Notes under the pieces: generated by a model | Told to the model about the DNA's origin: nothing | The model's input: the letters and a program-made list of their open reading frames with translations, nothing else | Database searches by the model: none | Part shown: in pieces, positions 16,077 through 31,007 of the stretch | Numbering within the stretch: position 1 is the first letter of the stretch | Layout of the letters: each line of letters starts with the position of its first letter | Position numbers and translations under genes: made by a program | From: the human T2T-CHM13v2.0 reference genome, Homo sapiens | NCBI RefSeq assembly: GCF_009914755.1 | Contig: NC_060931.1 | DNA length: 64,000 nucleotides | Strand: one strand, 5' to 3'

Positions 16077-16437
16077 GGGCTCCAAAGGGGTGGACCGCCC
16101 AGCAAGGCTAAAAACCTGAGCTGGGGGCTCCGAAGGGGTGGACCGCCCAGCAGCTGAAGGCCCAGCAAGGCTAAAAACCTGAGCTGGGGGCTCCGAAGGG
16201 GTGGACCGCCCAGCAGCTGAAGGCCCAGCAAGGCTAAAAACCTGAGCTGGGGGCTCCGAAGGGGTGGACCGCCCAGCAGCTGAAGGCCCAGCAAGGCTAA
16301 AAACCTGAGCTGGGGGCTCCGAAGGGGTGGACCGCCCAGCAGCTGAAGGCCCAGCAAGGCTAAAAACCTGAGCTGGGGGCTCCGAAGGGGTGGACCGCCC
16401 AGCAGCTAACGCCCAGCATGGCTAAAAACCTGAGCCA
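16077..16437. repeat. 63-bp VNTR, ~5.5 copies, ZFAND2A intron 3
   Basis: Near-perfect unit gctccgaaggggtggaccgcccagcagctgaaggcccagcaaggctaaaaacctgagctgggg. Confidence 0.95.
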
Positions 16438-17447
16438 GGGCAGGAATTGATGGAAAGGTCAATGAGAAAACCGAGGTGGCAACCGACATGGAACGGGTGG
16501 CAGGTGCTCACGGAATTATGAGCACACCCGTCTACAGCCCGAGCTGGGAGAGTCACAGGTGGTGGTGCTTCCTCATTTGGTCAAATGAAATAAAGTATTA
16601 GTAAACGGTCTCCAGCCAGACCCCACCCCATGCTGGGGCAGGAAGGGGCAGTGGGAAGACAAGCTGGGCAGTCTGGCTTAGTCATCCGTGCCTAGTAAAC
16701 GCAGGGAATGTGAGTCACCCTCCCCACCCACCGTGATGGCCTAAAAATGGCTGGAGGGTCAGACCCTGGCCAACACTGGTCAAAGCACAGAATGCTGGGC
16801 CACCCACATTACCACTGCCACCAGGGTCAAGTGGCAGAGTTCACTAAAATGACCTGTGACCCATCCAGAGACAAAGTAAACACGGGCTGGGAACCATCTG
16901 AAAAGTCAACAAGTCTCAAACCTCTGGACTCGGGGCAAGCTCATTTCCTTAGGTCCTCTTTCAGTTTCTGCTGTGTACTCTGGGAGTCACCTAAATACTA
17001 TGTCAAGGCTGCAGTTATTCAAATCAATAAGCGTATTTACTGCCTTCCTGATTGGCTTCCAAGTCAAATATTAAAATCTTTCTTGCATCTGGTGAAGACA
17101 CAGCTATGGTGTAACAGCTATGGTGTAACGGATCAAAGGAACCAAGTATTTGAACATCTAAAGTAAGCTTGGAACATAAGGTTACAACTAAGTGACTCCA
17201 TGAGTCCCTGAAAATAAGATCTCAGTTGTCTGAGAGTCATCCAACAGAATGTCCTGTGAGGGCAGACACGCTCCTCTGTACTGCCTAACAGCAGGCACCT
17301 GAAACGAGGCTAGTGGGACTGAAAAACTGGATTTTAAAATTTAATTTTCAATGAGTTAGCCATACGTCGCTAGTCCCTACCATACCAGCAAGACAGTGCA
17401 GCTTCAGACGGTGAAGATGAGAATCTTTTGAACAAAGGATCAATTAC

Positions 17448-17542
17448 CTTCTGGAATGCAAACGGACACTTATGTGCAGCGTATGGAAAATGATCTTTAC
17501 AGAAATCTTGTTTACATGCATCACATTTTACTGGAAGAAAAT
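17448..17542 (-). CDS. ZFAND2A: ZFAND2A exon 3, (D)FLPVKCDACKQDFCKDHFPYAAHKCPFAFQK, completes AN1 finger 1
   Basis: Acceptor ttttttag, donor AAG|GTAATT; 95 nt, phase-compatible with exon 2; Cys/His spacing of an AN1 finger. Confidence 0.97.
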
Positions 17543-17949
17543 CTAAAAAACAAAAAACAGGGAAGTGTTTTAACGACTGGAACAAAATACTTCCAGATAG
17601 TACTATCAAAGTGTTTACCTACACTAAGTGTTTTAGGCCTATGAGATGGACAGGTCCTCGAGGGCCACACATGTGAAAACAATCCCAGGGTCAGGCTGTC
17701 TTCTAGAGACCCCCTATGGCATCGCAAGTATTCCAGCAGCCCCCTGGATCCACCTGGCCCTGCTAGCCAGCCTGCACTCCTGCACCCCGCCTCTGGTGGA
17801 TGCTAAGTGTCAAACAGAACCTGCACCAGCACAGTTCCCAATACTGAGGAGCCAGGAAGGCCAAGACACAATTATCAGCTAATTAACAGAACAGCCAGCT
17901 TTCCCCCAACAAAATACCATTTTCTATTAAGTCTCTTAAAAGTACTCAC

Positions 17950-18004
17950 CTAGCTGCTTGCAAGTCTTTTCTGAACAATGCTTCCCCAAATCAGGAAACT
18001 CCAT
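17950..18004 (-). CDS. ZFAND2A: ZFAND2A first coding exon (exon 2 = 17950-18049), MEFPDLGKHCSEKTCKQL(D)
   Basis: Manual translation; ATG at 18004 in strong context (ATAATGG); acceptor ttctcttgtag before 18049; donor G|GTGAGT. Confidence 0.97.
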
Positions 18005-19213
18005 TATGAGAACAGTGCTCAAAACGCAGATGGCGGAGTTAAGTGTCACCTACAAGAGAATCAGAATAGTTAGGAGGAAAGCTGGACTGCCCTTCAGTCA
18101 CCAGGATTTACAATGTAATTACAGCTAATGAAAGTCAACAAACGCACTGCGTGGGGAGCATTCCATGGAGTTTTAGTACAAATACCAGGTGTCCGCCATT
18201 CGTAGTCAACCCCATTAAGAGACACGGACTCCTTCACAGGCCTTTTAATTCCTAGTCTATGAAGCACTCCTTGAACTCGGGTTTCTATTTAAACTCACAC
18301 TGAGGGGGCGAGAGCTAATTCACACAGCTGCCAGTGATGATTACGACTTTGGTGAATTTTAAGTCACAATTTTATCCATGGAATATACTTGTTCACATAA
18401 ACAAAACTCTGTTACTAGGTGCTAAATCACATCAGTTGACTCCATTATCCAGAGAAGATTTAACTCTGTCCCTCGCCTCTCCAACTCCCTTAGGCATTGA
18501 ATCTTACTGTGAACTTATTCCTCGATGACATCAACCTGGAGTTGATCAGGGAGAAGCGCAAGCTGTTAAGTCACTATGGAAAACAGGCAGACAGCTGGTG
18601 AAACTACCGCACTCGAGAGAGAATCAAGGGGCTCACGAGGTCCCCTCCATGATCTAGTACCCACCAGCCCTCCCGGGGCCTTTTCCTGGGGCTCACGAGG
18701 TCCCGTCATCTAGTACTCACCAGCCCCTCCCGGGGCCTTTTCCTGACCTTCCCATCAGCTCTCTCCCCACTCCTGGAGGCCTCCTAGACTGTCGCCTAAG
18801 ACTGGAACACTCTCGCCCATGGCAAACGTCTAGTTATCCCCTCCCGCCTCAGTTTAAAGCCATTCCCACCCTCCCCAGTTCCCTCTATGTTACAAGCCCG
18901 CTACTTAAGGTGCCCATTAGTCCTTTCCCAGCCCTCCTTCGCCCACAGCTTCCAACTACAGATCCGCTGCTTTACTATTAGCTCCCGGTGCCCGACACAC
19001 AGCAGGCGTTCCGAAATTGTTTTGTTCAAGGAATTCACAAGAGTTTGATGTGAATCCCCAAATGATTTTGTTCTGGACGCACAGCACCCGTCCTAGGAAA
19101 CCAACACCCTACCCTGGCGGGCCGGGCCCGCAGCAAGAAAACACACATCTACGTGGCTGTCACTCGGCTGGCGGGTTAACGACCCCGTGCGACCCGGTAC
19201 TACGGCCCCGATG

Positions 19214-19510
19214 GCAGGCCCGGCCCCCAGCAGACAGCCGGACTCCCAGCAGACAGGCGGGACCCCCAACAGCCAGACCCCGGCAGGCCCGGTCCCCAGC
19301 AGACAGCCGGACCCCCAGCAGCCAGACCCCGGCAGGCCCGGTCCCCAGCAGACAGGCCGGACCCCCAACAGCCAGGCCCCGGCAGGCCCGGTCCCCAGCA
19401 GACAGCCGGACCCCCAGCAGCCTGACCTCCAGCAAGCAGCCGGACTCCTAGCAGACAGGCCGAACCCCCGAGCAACCTGACCTCAAGGCAGGCCCGACCC
19501 CCGGCAGACC
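19214..19510. repeat. GC-rich degenerate tandem repeat, ZFAND2A intron 1
   Basis: Recurring cagcagacagccggaccccc / ggcaggcccggtcccc modules. Confidence 0.85.
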
Positions 19511-19536
19511 CTGTCTGCGCAATCCCGGCCCCGTAC

Positions 19537-19710
19537 CTGGCTCTCGTCGGGGACCCAGGCAGCTGAGGCGAGCAGCAGATGGAAGAGACGTAAACTCAGG
19601 TGTCCTCCTCCGTAGTCGGCTCCGGGTAGCTAAGCAGAAAGAACCTCGACACTGGCACCGAGACGCCGTCGGAGGCACACCCACACCCACACCGGAACGC
19701 AACATCTCGC
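19537..19710 (-). other. ZFAND2A: ZFAND2A non-coding exon 1 (5' end approximate)
   Basis: Donor CAG|GTACGG at 19537/19536 inside the CpG island; TATA-like ATAAAT at 19734-19729. Confidence 0.75.
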
Positions 19711-19918
19711 TGCCCGCGGCCTAAGGCCATTTATCCGCAGTCCCCGGATCTGAGAGCCGTCTGGGCCTTGGGGTTTCCGGGCGCGCCCCGACAACGTCAC
19801 CCGCAGACCGGCCAATCCCGCCAGGCCGCGGCCCAGTGGCGCCGGCGCGCACCGAAGACGACACCAGCCATCCGGCCAATCCCGCCCCGCCGCGCCCCGC
19901 AGGCCCGCCCACTCCTCG

Positions 19919-19946
19919 CTTCTCCACTTCCCTTCTCGAAGTGTCC
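19919..19946. promoter_or_regulatory. Heat-shock element (HSF1)
   Basis: cTTCt-cGAAg-tGTCc inverted pentamers (19932-19946) plus adjacent TTC units; ZFAND2A is a known HSF1 target. Confidence 0.7.
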
Positions 19947-19979
19947 GGTCGCTTCTCGCAGGCGGCGCGCTTGCTGGGT

Positions 19980-20196
19980 CACAGTGAGGCGGCTCCGCGC
20001 AGGCGCAGCCGGGCGGGCGAGGAGCGGGGAAGCTGACTCAGGGCTGCGGCCGGGGTCCTGCGGGGTAGGAGCGCGAGGCCGGCCTGAGGGAGGAGGCCTA
20101 GCGACCCATCCGGCGCCTCCCGCCCCGGGCACCCGCCCGCGGCCGCGCATCCTGCGGGCCCCAGGAGGCCTCCATCTCAAAACAACGTGTTTTTAG
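19980..20196 (+). ncRNA. ZFAND2A-DT: Probable first exon of a divergent lncRNA (ZFAND2A-DT); 5' end approximate
   Basis: Donor TAG|GTAATT at 20196/20197 at the edge of the CpG island; divergent transcript recalled for this locus. Confidence 0.45.
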
Positions 20197-20580
20197 GTAA
20201 TTTCAAACTTAGGGAAAAGCTTCAAGAATAATACCGAAAATGTCAGTGTCCCCAGCACCTAGATCCCCCAGTTAAATCCTTTTCCATTTCACCGCGCTGC
20301 CCCCCGCCCCCTGGACGGTTATGTGGCCGCGTGGGGTTGGCTCTGCCCAGGGCCGCGGTCACTGCACAGAACGCCCTGCACGTAAGGGGCTCCGCCTGGG
20401 TAAGACCCCGCCCGGCTGGGCAGGAGGAGGGCGTGGGCCCAGGACATGGAGACCAGCCTGGGCAACATAGCGAGACCCCATCTCTGCAGAAATAAAATAT
20501 TAGCTGGACGGTGCACGGTGGCTCAGGCCTGTAATCCCGGCACTTTGGGAGGCCGAGGTGGGAGGATGGCCTGAGGTCAG

Positions 20581-21013
20581 TGTCTCACATGTCTGTGTGA
20601 AGAGACCACCAAACAGGCTTTGTGTGAGCAACAAGGCTGTTTATTTCACCCGGGTGCAGCCCGGCTGAGTCGGAAAAGAGAGTCAGCAAAGGGTGATGGG
20701 ATTATCATTAGTTCTTACAGGTTTTGGGATAGACGGTGGAGTTAGGAGCAATGTTTTGCAGGCAGGTGGTGGATCTCATAAAGTACATTCTCAAGGGTGG
20801 GGAGAATTACAAAGAACCTTCTTAAGGGTAGAGGAGATTACAAAGTACATTGATCAGTTAGGATGGGGCAGAAACAAATTACAAGGGTGGAATGTCATCA
20901 GTTAAGGCTGTTTTCACTTCTTTTGTGGATCTTCAGTTGCTTCAGGCCATCTGGATGTATACATGCAGGTCACTGAGGATATGATGGCTTAGCTTGGGCT
21001 CAGAGGCCTGACA
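20581..21013 (-). mobile_element. HERV-H LTR7-family solo LTR inserted in an Alu
   Basis: Minus strand begins TGTCAGGCCTCTGAGCCCAAGCTAAGCCATCATATCC and ends CTCTTCACACAGACATGTGAGACA; AATAAA near 20640. Confidence 0.92.
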
Positions 21014-21157
21014 GGAGTTCAAGACCAGCCTGGTGAACATGACGAAACCCTGTCTCTACAAAAATAAGAAATGAACGCAGCATGGTGGCATGCACCTGCA
21101 GTCCCAGCCTCTTGGGAGGTGGAGGCATTAGTCAGCTGTGAATGTGCCCTGCACTAG

Positions 21158-21532
<375 letters not shown>

Positions 21533-22177
21533 TGATCTGCCTGCCTCGGCCTCCCAAAGTACTGGGATTACAGGCGTGAGCCACTGCGCCCAGCTTGTTG
21601 TTTTTCTTTAGACAGTGTCTTCCTCTGTGGCTCAGGCTGAAGGGCACTGGGATGATCACAGCTCACTGCAGCTTCCACCTCCCAGGCTCAAGCCATCCTT
21701 CTTCCTCAGGCTCCTGAGTAGCGGGAGCTACAGGCATGCGCCATCATGCCTGGCTAATTTTTGTATTTTTTGTAGATACAGGGTTTTGCTATGTAGCCCA
21801 GGCTGGTCTTGAACTCCTGACCTCAGGTGATCCCTCTGCCTCAGCTTCCCAAAGCGCTGGGATTACAGAACATGAGCCACTGTGCCCGGCTTATTGTACA
21901 GTCTTTACTCTCGGTTTTCACCAGAGAACTCAAGGGCTGTGAAAAGAGCAGGACCTCACCAGCTGCACGGCGGTGGTGACTGGCTCCATCTTGCTGTCCC
22001 TCCCAATCACACAACATCTCCCCTTGAAGGCTCTGCCCAGGCCCGGACTCCCACCTTTCAAGATGTCTGGGTCAGTGCAGGACCTCCTCCTTGGCCACAT
22101 CGCTCTCCTTGGACTGGTTCGTTAACCCTGTTTTACCCACATTTTCTTTTTTTTTCTTTTTCTTTTTTTTTTTTTGA

Positions 22178-22318
<141 letters not shown>

Positions 22319-23045
22319 TAATTGTTTTGTATTTTAGGAAGAGATGGGGTTTCACCATGTTAGCCAGGCTGGTCAGGTGATCCATCTGCCTTGGCCTCCC
22401 AAAGTGCTGGGATTACAGGCGTGAGGCACTGTGCCCGGCCTGCCCCCCTTTTCTCTTGATGTAAGTGGACATTTTAATCCATAATCTGTAACATTTATGT
22501 ATTAAGTTTACTACTATCTTTGGTTTGCAGTGTTGACTCACCTGTGGAGTGGTCTGAGCCTGAATGCCCGGGGCTGTGGCCACCGAGTGAACGGGCTGTG
22601 CTAAGGGGAATTGCCACCTTGGGAACCCTGTGTAGTTACGGCTTTTCTGATTAAGTATCAATAAAAGTCTGACCTTGTGAAAAAAGCAAACGTGAGTGGC
22701 CCTGCTTATGTTTCACCTTGCGTTGCTCAGTGATAGTTCTGCAAAGTCGCAGGAAACCTGGAATCATCTAATTATCGTGAGTGTTGGTGAGTAACACCCA
22801 TAGGCACTGGCTCCCGGGGAAATACAGAGTCAGGTTCCTCCGAGCCGCTGGCCACAGCATTTTTGTTAAGCAGTTCATCGTTAACCTTCTTGTACGTGTC
22901 TCTCTCTCAAGGGTCCTTATTTAATAATGTCTAGTTGATTCATTAACATGGAATTCATGGCCAGTAGCTCTGTCACTCATGCCTGACTGAAGTTGATCAG
23001 CACGTCTTTTTCTCCCTTAGGCACATGACAGCCTTCTTGCAATCA

Positions 23046-23406
<361 letters not shown>

Positions 23407-24044
23407 TTAAGGCAGAAGAATCGCTTGAACCTGGGAGGTGGAAGTTGCAGTGAGCCTAGATTGTGCCACTACACTCCAGCCTGGTTGACAGAGTGAAGCT
23501 CTGTCTCAAAAAAAGAAAAGAAACAATACTAAGTTCTGATTCTCAGACCCCATTCAGTTTTTTGTTGTTGTTGACACGGAGTCTCGCTCAGTCGCCCAGG
23601 CTGGAGTACAGTGGTGCGATCTTGGCTCACTGCAACTTCTGCCTCCTGAGTTCAAGCGATGCTCCTGCCTCAGCCTCATGCAGATTTTACAGACAGTATC
23701 AACAATGTCTCTTTTCCTTTCCGCTCCAGGATCCCATCCACTATCACAGTTTCAGCTTTCCCCAAACTGGAATATGTCTTTGCAGACGCCCATCCTTATT
23801 AAAGGGCAAAGACTTCTCATAGACCTAGGATGGATCATATATTCTTGGCGGGACTGCAGAGAAGGTGCCGTGTCCTGAGTCCTCATGTCGGGGCACAGGC
23901 TTCCAGCCAGTTCTACCTGGGTTATGTTTATCTCAATTCCCTGGTGGTATTGGTGTCTGCTGGGTTTTGCCAGAATGAAGACACCGTGTTTTCATTTGTC
24001 AGTTGATTCGTATTTTCCAGGAAGACATTCTGAGATTACAGCAT

Positions 24045-24590
24045 TGTCTTAGTCAAGGTGCTGCAGAAGGACAGAACTAATAGGATATATGTACATATGA
24101 AAGAAAGTTTATGAAGAACTGGCTCACACCATCACAAGGCAAAGTCCCATGACAGGCTGTCTGCAAGCTGAGGAGCGAGGAAGCCAGCAGTGGCTCAGCC
24201 GGAGTCCAACAGCCTCAAACGGAATCCGACAGTTCAGGCTTCAGTCTGTGGCCAAATGCCCAGAGACCCCGGAAAGCTACTGGTGTAAGTCCCAGAGCCG
24301 AAAGGCCAAAGAACCTGGAGTGTGATGTCCAAGGGCAGGAGGAATGGACAGAAGCATCCAGCATGGGGTAAAGATGAAAGCCAGAAGACTCAGCAAGCTA
24401 GCTTACCTACTTTCTTCTGCCTGCCTTGTTCTAGCCACGCTGGCAGCCGGTTGGAGGGTGCCCACCCCCACTGAGGGTGGATCTTCCTCTCCTAGTCCAC
24501 TGACTCAAATTTCAGTCTCTCTGGGAGCACCCTCACACCAGAAACAATACCAGCCATCTAGCCACCCTTCAGTTCACCAACACAACCATT
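24045..24590. mobile_element. MLT2-type (ERVL) LTR
   Basis: gacagaactaataggatatat...ctggctcacaccatcacaaggcaaagtcccatgacaggc...ctgcaagctgaggag. Confidence 0.75.
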
Positions 24591-25588
24591 GTCTTATTCA
24601 TGAAACTTCTGCAGACCCACCTTAACCTCCATTGGTGACTTCTACCTGAAGCCCTCTGATTGTTGCCCAGTGGTGCTTTTTAAAATAATTTCCATAGTTT
24701 CTTCTACACCTTTAGTTGGCATTCTACTGTAAAGGAGAGATTTTATTTTCTTACTCATTTATTTGTTAGTTTATAGTCACCACCATATGGATGCAGAGTT
24801 CTGTCTCATTCACTGGGAAGTATTCTGTTGCAGTCATGATTTATTTTGATGTTCACATGCCAGATTTGGTGAGTGAGCGCCCCTTCACGCTGGCTCCCGA
24901 GTGCTGACGTGTCCCCGTCCTTCTCTGCACTTTTCCTTACCTCCTGGCCTCAGATATTCCAGGGTCATTTGTTCTCTCCCTGCTCCAACCCTGCAGTCAG
25001 CCATCTCCCTAGGGACGTTGGTTCCTTTATGGAAGGTGGCATTTAGAAGCCAGGATTTGGGCTGAGCACTGTGGCTCACGCTTGTAATCCCAGCACTTTG
25101 GGAGGCCGAAGTGGGCGGATCGCTGGAGGCCAAGAGTCTGAGTCCAGCCTGGCTAACATGGTGAAACCCTTCCCCGTCTCTACTACAAATAAAAAATTAG
25201 CTGGGTGTGTTGGCGCGTGCCTGTAATCCCAGTTACTCAGGAGGCTGAAGCACCAGAATCTCTTGAACCCGGGAGGCCGAGGTTGCAGTGAGCCAAGATT
25301 GCACCACTGCACTACAGCTTGGGTGACAGCGCGAGACACCGTCTCAAAAAGGATAATAATTTAAAAAACAGCAGGATTTGGGTGAGCAGTGCGCTCATTG
25401 CTTCTGGGCTCTCTCAGTGGACATAGGCTAGGAATGTAAGATGTATGTGCCTGTGTATATACACACGTCTGTAGCTATGTCTATGTTGCATACATGTGTT
25501 TTTCCAAAAAACAAATCCATAACCATGCCTTCAGTTTCAGCCCAACACCTCCGGGCTCTTTCTAGCTTTCTACCTTTCATGATTGTGA

Positions 25589-25900
<312 letters not shown>

Positions 25901-26864
25901 TGATCTGCGTGCCTTGGCCTCCCAAAATGCTGGGATTACAGGCGTGAGCCACCACACTCGGCCAAGTCAGAATTTTAAGTTTCATCTTTTTTGTAATTAA
26001 TTGAACACCTGCATTCAAAGAAACAGAGAAGTACCACCACGCATAAGTAAGGTGGCCATGGCGTACCTAGGTTTCTCAGCCTATCAAGCTTAGGGGCTTC
26101 TTTTTACGTGAAGTCCTCCTAAGACAGCCTCTGATAGCTGCCTTGTGGTCAGCAGGGAAGAAGGGCCTTGTAATAGCACGACTCTGCAGGGAGGCGGGCA
26201 GCTCTCATGGCCTTAGTTTGCAGACCTCGAGATGTCCACTAGAAAGGAGGAGATCGTGGCTGGCTGCGGTGGCTCACGCCTGTAATCCCAGGATTTTGGG
26301 AGGCCGAGGCAGGCGGATCACGGGATCAGGAGATCGAGACCATCCTGGCTAATGTGGTGAAACCCCGTCTCTACTAAAAATACAAAATTTAGCCGGGCGT
26401 GGTGGCGGGCGCCTGAGTCCCAGCCACTCGGGAGGCTGAGGCAGGAGAATGGCGTGAACCCGGGAGGCAGAGCTTGCAGTGAGCCGAGAATTGCGCCACT
26501 GCACTCCAGCCTGGGTGACAGAGCGAGACTTCGTCTCAAAAAAAAAAAAAAAGGAGGTCTTAGCGTCTCCAGTAACACATCAACTCCGCAACAAGGGGCC
26601 ACAAGTGTTCCTCGCCAACGGATCCCTGCTACGATCCCTATTTTAAATAAGGGGAAACTGAGGCGTGGAGGGGGTAAGAAACAGAGAAGTCAGAATTCAA
26701 ACCTGGACAACGCCTGTTAGTTTTTTGGGATTACAGGGGTAAGCCACTGTGCCCGGCCACACGTGTTAGTTTTTTGGGATTACAGGGGTAAGCCACTGTG
26801 CCCGGCCATGCCTGTTTTGTAACTCCAGCATTCCTGTCTCTCCTGCATTTGTCAATAGCACTAG

Positions 26865-27401
<537 letters not shown>

Positions 27402-27554
27402 TAATGACAGTGACGTTATGTCCTGCTTTTCCCAGAAGAGTCCCAGGTTATGTTAACTGTTCTAGCAAAATTATTCAGAGCACCCCATTTTCAGTCTCAG
27501 AAATGTCTCCATTAGTGTCATGTGAAGTCACCCTAAACGAGGTCAAGAAAATCA

Positions 27555-27867
<313 letters not shown>

Positions 27868-28327
27868 TCATGCGTGGATTCTGATGCAGGCTTGCAGGGA
27901 GACCCTCAGGTGCTGCCCATGAGTAGCTGCGTTGACGGTAGCTGCTTCCTGGCTACCCCGAGGGGCTGCTCTGCAGTCAGGGGAGAGGGGCCGGCTCTCA
28001 GGGAAAGGCATCAAGAACCACACTTGAGTTCCTGGATCCGGGCACATCTAAAATTTAGGAGCCCATAAACTCCCGTTTTCACAGAACCTATTTTGAGTTG
28101 GGTTCTTGCCACATGCAATCAGAAGTCCTGGCCGACACACAACTTTGGCTTCAGCAGTCTCCCTGGGTGTCCCCACCCCATCCCGTTCCCTGTGTTCAAA
28201 GGCGCTTGGGGCCATCCTCCACTGTGAAACTCCCAGACACGCCAGCCCAGCTGCTTCAGGTGTGCGCTGGGAAATTTTCACTCCCTGAATTCCAAAAATG
28301 ATGGCAGCCTCTGCCTCACCCTCATAA

Positions 28328-28504
<177 letters not shown>

Positions 28505-28542
28505 TGAGTAGCTGGGACTACAGGCGCTGCCACCACACCTAG

Positions 28543-28905
<363 letters not shown>

Positions 28906-29615
28906 TGAACACATTCATCATCTTTAGGCATGCGAGCTTCTCCTGCCTCTATCCATCCGTCCTTCAGCCCATTTCCCCCGACTTCTGCCACCACCTCCGG
29001 GACGTCCTGAAGGCGAACCGGCCTCCCACCTGCTAAGTCCAACAGACACTTCAGCCTGGCTCTCACCAGCCATGGCGGGTTGCCCTCCTACCTCTTGACA
29101 ACACGCTCTTCCTCGGCTGCAGAGACACCTCCTCTCCGTATTTTCCTCCCACATTAGCAATGACCACACTCAGGCTATGTCACTCATGGTATTTTTGCAT
29201 CAGAAATGCCATCCTTGGGCCGGGCGCCATGCCTCATGCCTGTAATCCCAGCGCTTTGAGAGGCCGAGCCGGGAAGATCCCTTGAGGCCAGGAGTTCAAG
29301 AACGGCCTGGGCAACATAGCAAGACCCTGTCTCTACAAAAAGAAACAGTTTTTAAGTCATTCCTGATTTTACAACGCTACTCTGATCTGAGCCCCGGTGG
29401 CCTCGGGATCCCCAGGCGTCTGTTCCCGAGAACGCGGGGCAGAAAGCCTAGTCCTGCACGCAGTACCAACAATGCGGAGTCAGCGGGTTGTTTCGACTTT
29501 GTTCTGTTTCCTGAGGGGTTCTGAATAAGGGCCACCCCCTTCCTCCTCTGTGCCGCCATGTTCCCTCCCGGCCACGCCCCCTTGCAACCCCTCCAATCTC
29601 CGCCCTGCACCCTGG

Positions 29616-29635
29616 CAGCACCCCCTGGCGGCAGC
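29616..29635 (-). promoter_or_regulatory. Strong CTCF motif
   Basis: Minus strand GCTGCCGCCAGGGGGTGCTG matches the CTCF core; a second candidate at ~29796-29808. Confidence 0.6.
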
Positions 29636-29844
29636 AGCGGGTCTTCGTGGAGTCAGCCCCTCCGCTGCTTGGCCGCTGGGTTTGTCCCTTATTTTAATGG
29701 ATGCGCGTTGGCTAGGACTGCAACATTGTTTCTTTCTTCCACAAATTTTAGTTTGAAACAGACAGGAAGTTAATTTCCCGTCTGGCTGCCACACCTGCTG
29801 GTGGCGTGGACTGCGGGCCTTAGGCTGTTCCTTGCTCGATTTAA

Positions 29845-30340
<496 letters not shown>

Positions 30341-31007
30341 TGATCCATCCGCCTCAGCCTCCCAAAGTGCTGGGATTACAAGCGTGAGCCACTGTGCCCG
30401 GCCAATGTATATATTTTTTCAAGACAGCTCAACCCAAAGTAGCACCAGCATGGACAGGCCGAGTGACGAAGACAGTGCTGGAGGCACACAGAGGCTGTGG
30501 GGGCAAGTATGCGGCCGGCTGGACCTTCGGGGACCCTGCCCGTGGCTAGAAAGGGGACCAGGGGGTCCCTGGGAAACACAGGGCTCTGACCTCTGTGCAG
30601 GGTGAGGAAGGGTTTTACCAGCAGAGGGAGAGCTCAGCCCAGGCCCGAAGTCAGCACGACCAGCAGCTGACCCCTGGGATCTTTGAGGAACCTGAAAGTG
30701 CTTGATGGTCTTTGTGAGTCTGAAATCTGAGCAAAGCGTCAGACCCTCGAGTTTCCCCAGGGGAACTCCGTTAGTCTCCTGGGATTTGATGTATTCACGC
30801 TTTGTTCCTTCTGGACCAGTCACGCCCCACGCCAATCTGAGCCGTCGGGGGTTGGCCCTTCCAGGATGCTATGATTAGGTCTAGGGAATTCCACCTGGAG
30901 GGAAGGGTGGGCTGTGTCCTAGGGAATTCCACCTGGAGGGAAGGGTGGGCTGCGTCCTCAGGAGGGAGACAGCAGGTGGCAGGCGTCGGCCTCCCAGGCA
31001 GCCCTAT

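Larger units (their letters stand above)
19100..20420. promoter_or_regulatory. ZFAND2A: CpG island / bidirectional promoter of ZFAND2A
   Basis: High CpG density; two identical ccggccaatcccgcc (CCAAT+GC box) at 19808-19822 and 19872-19886; CRE half-site at 19794-19799; YY1-like GCCATTT at 19726-19732. Confidence 0.9.

Noticed and set aside
18628-18745. Two-copy ~60-bp duplication in intron 1 (similar ones at 26715-26808 and 45140-45222)
   Set aside because: Simple slippage duplications with no recognisable functional motif
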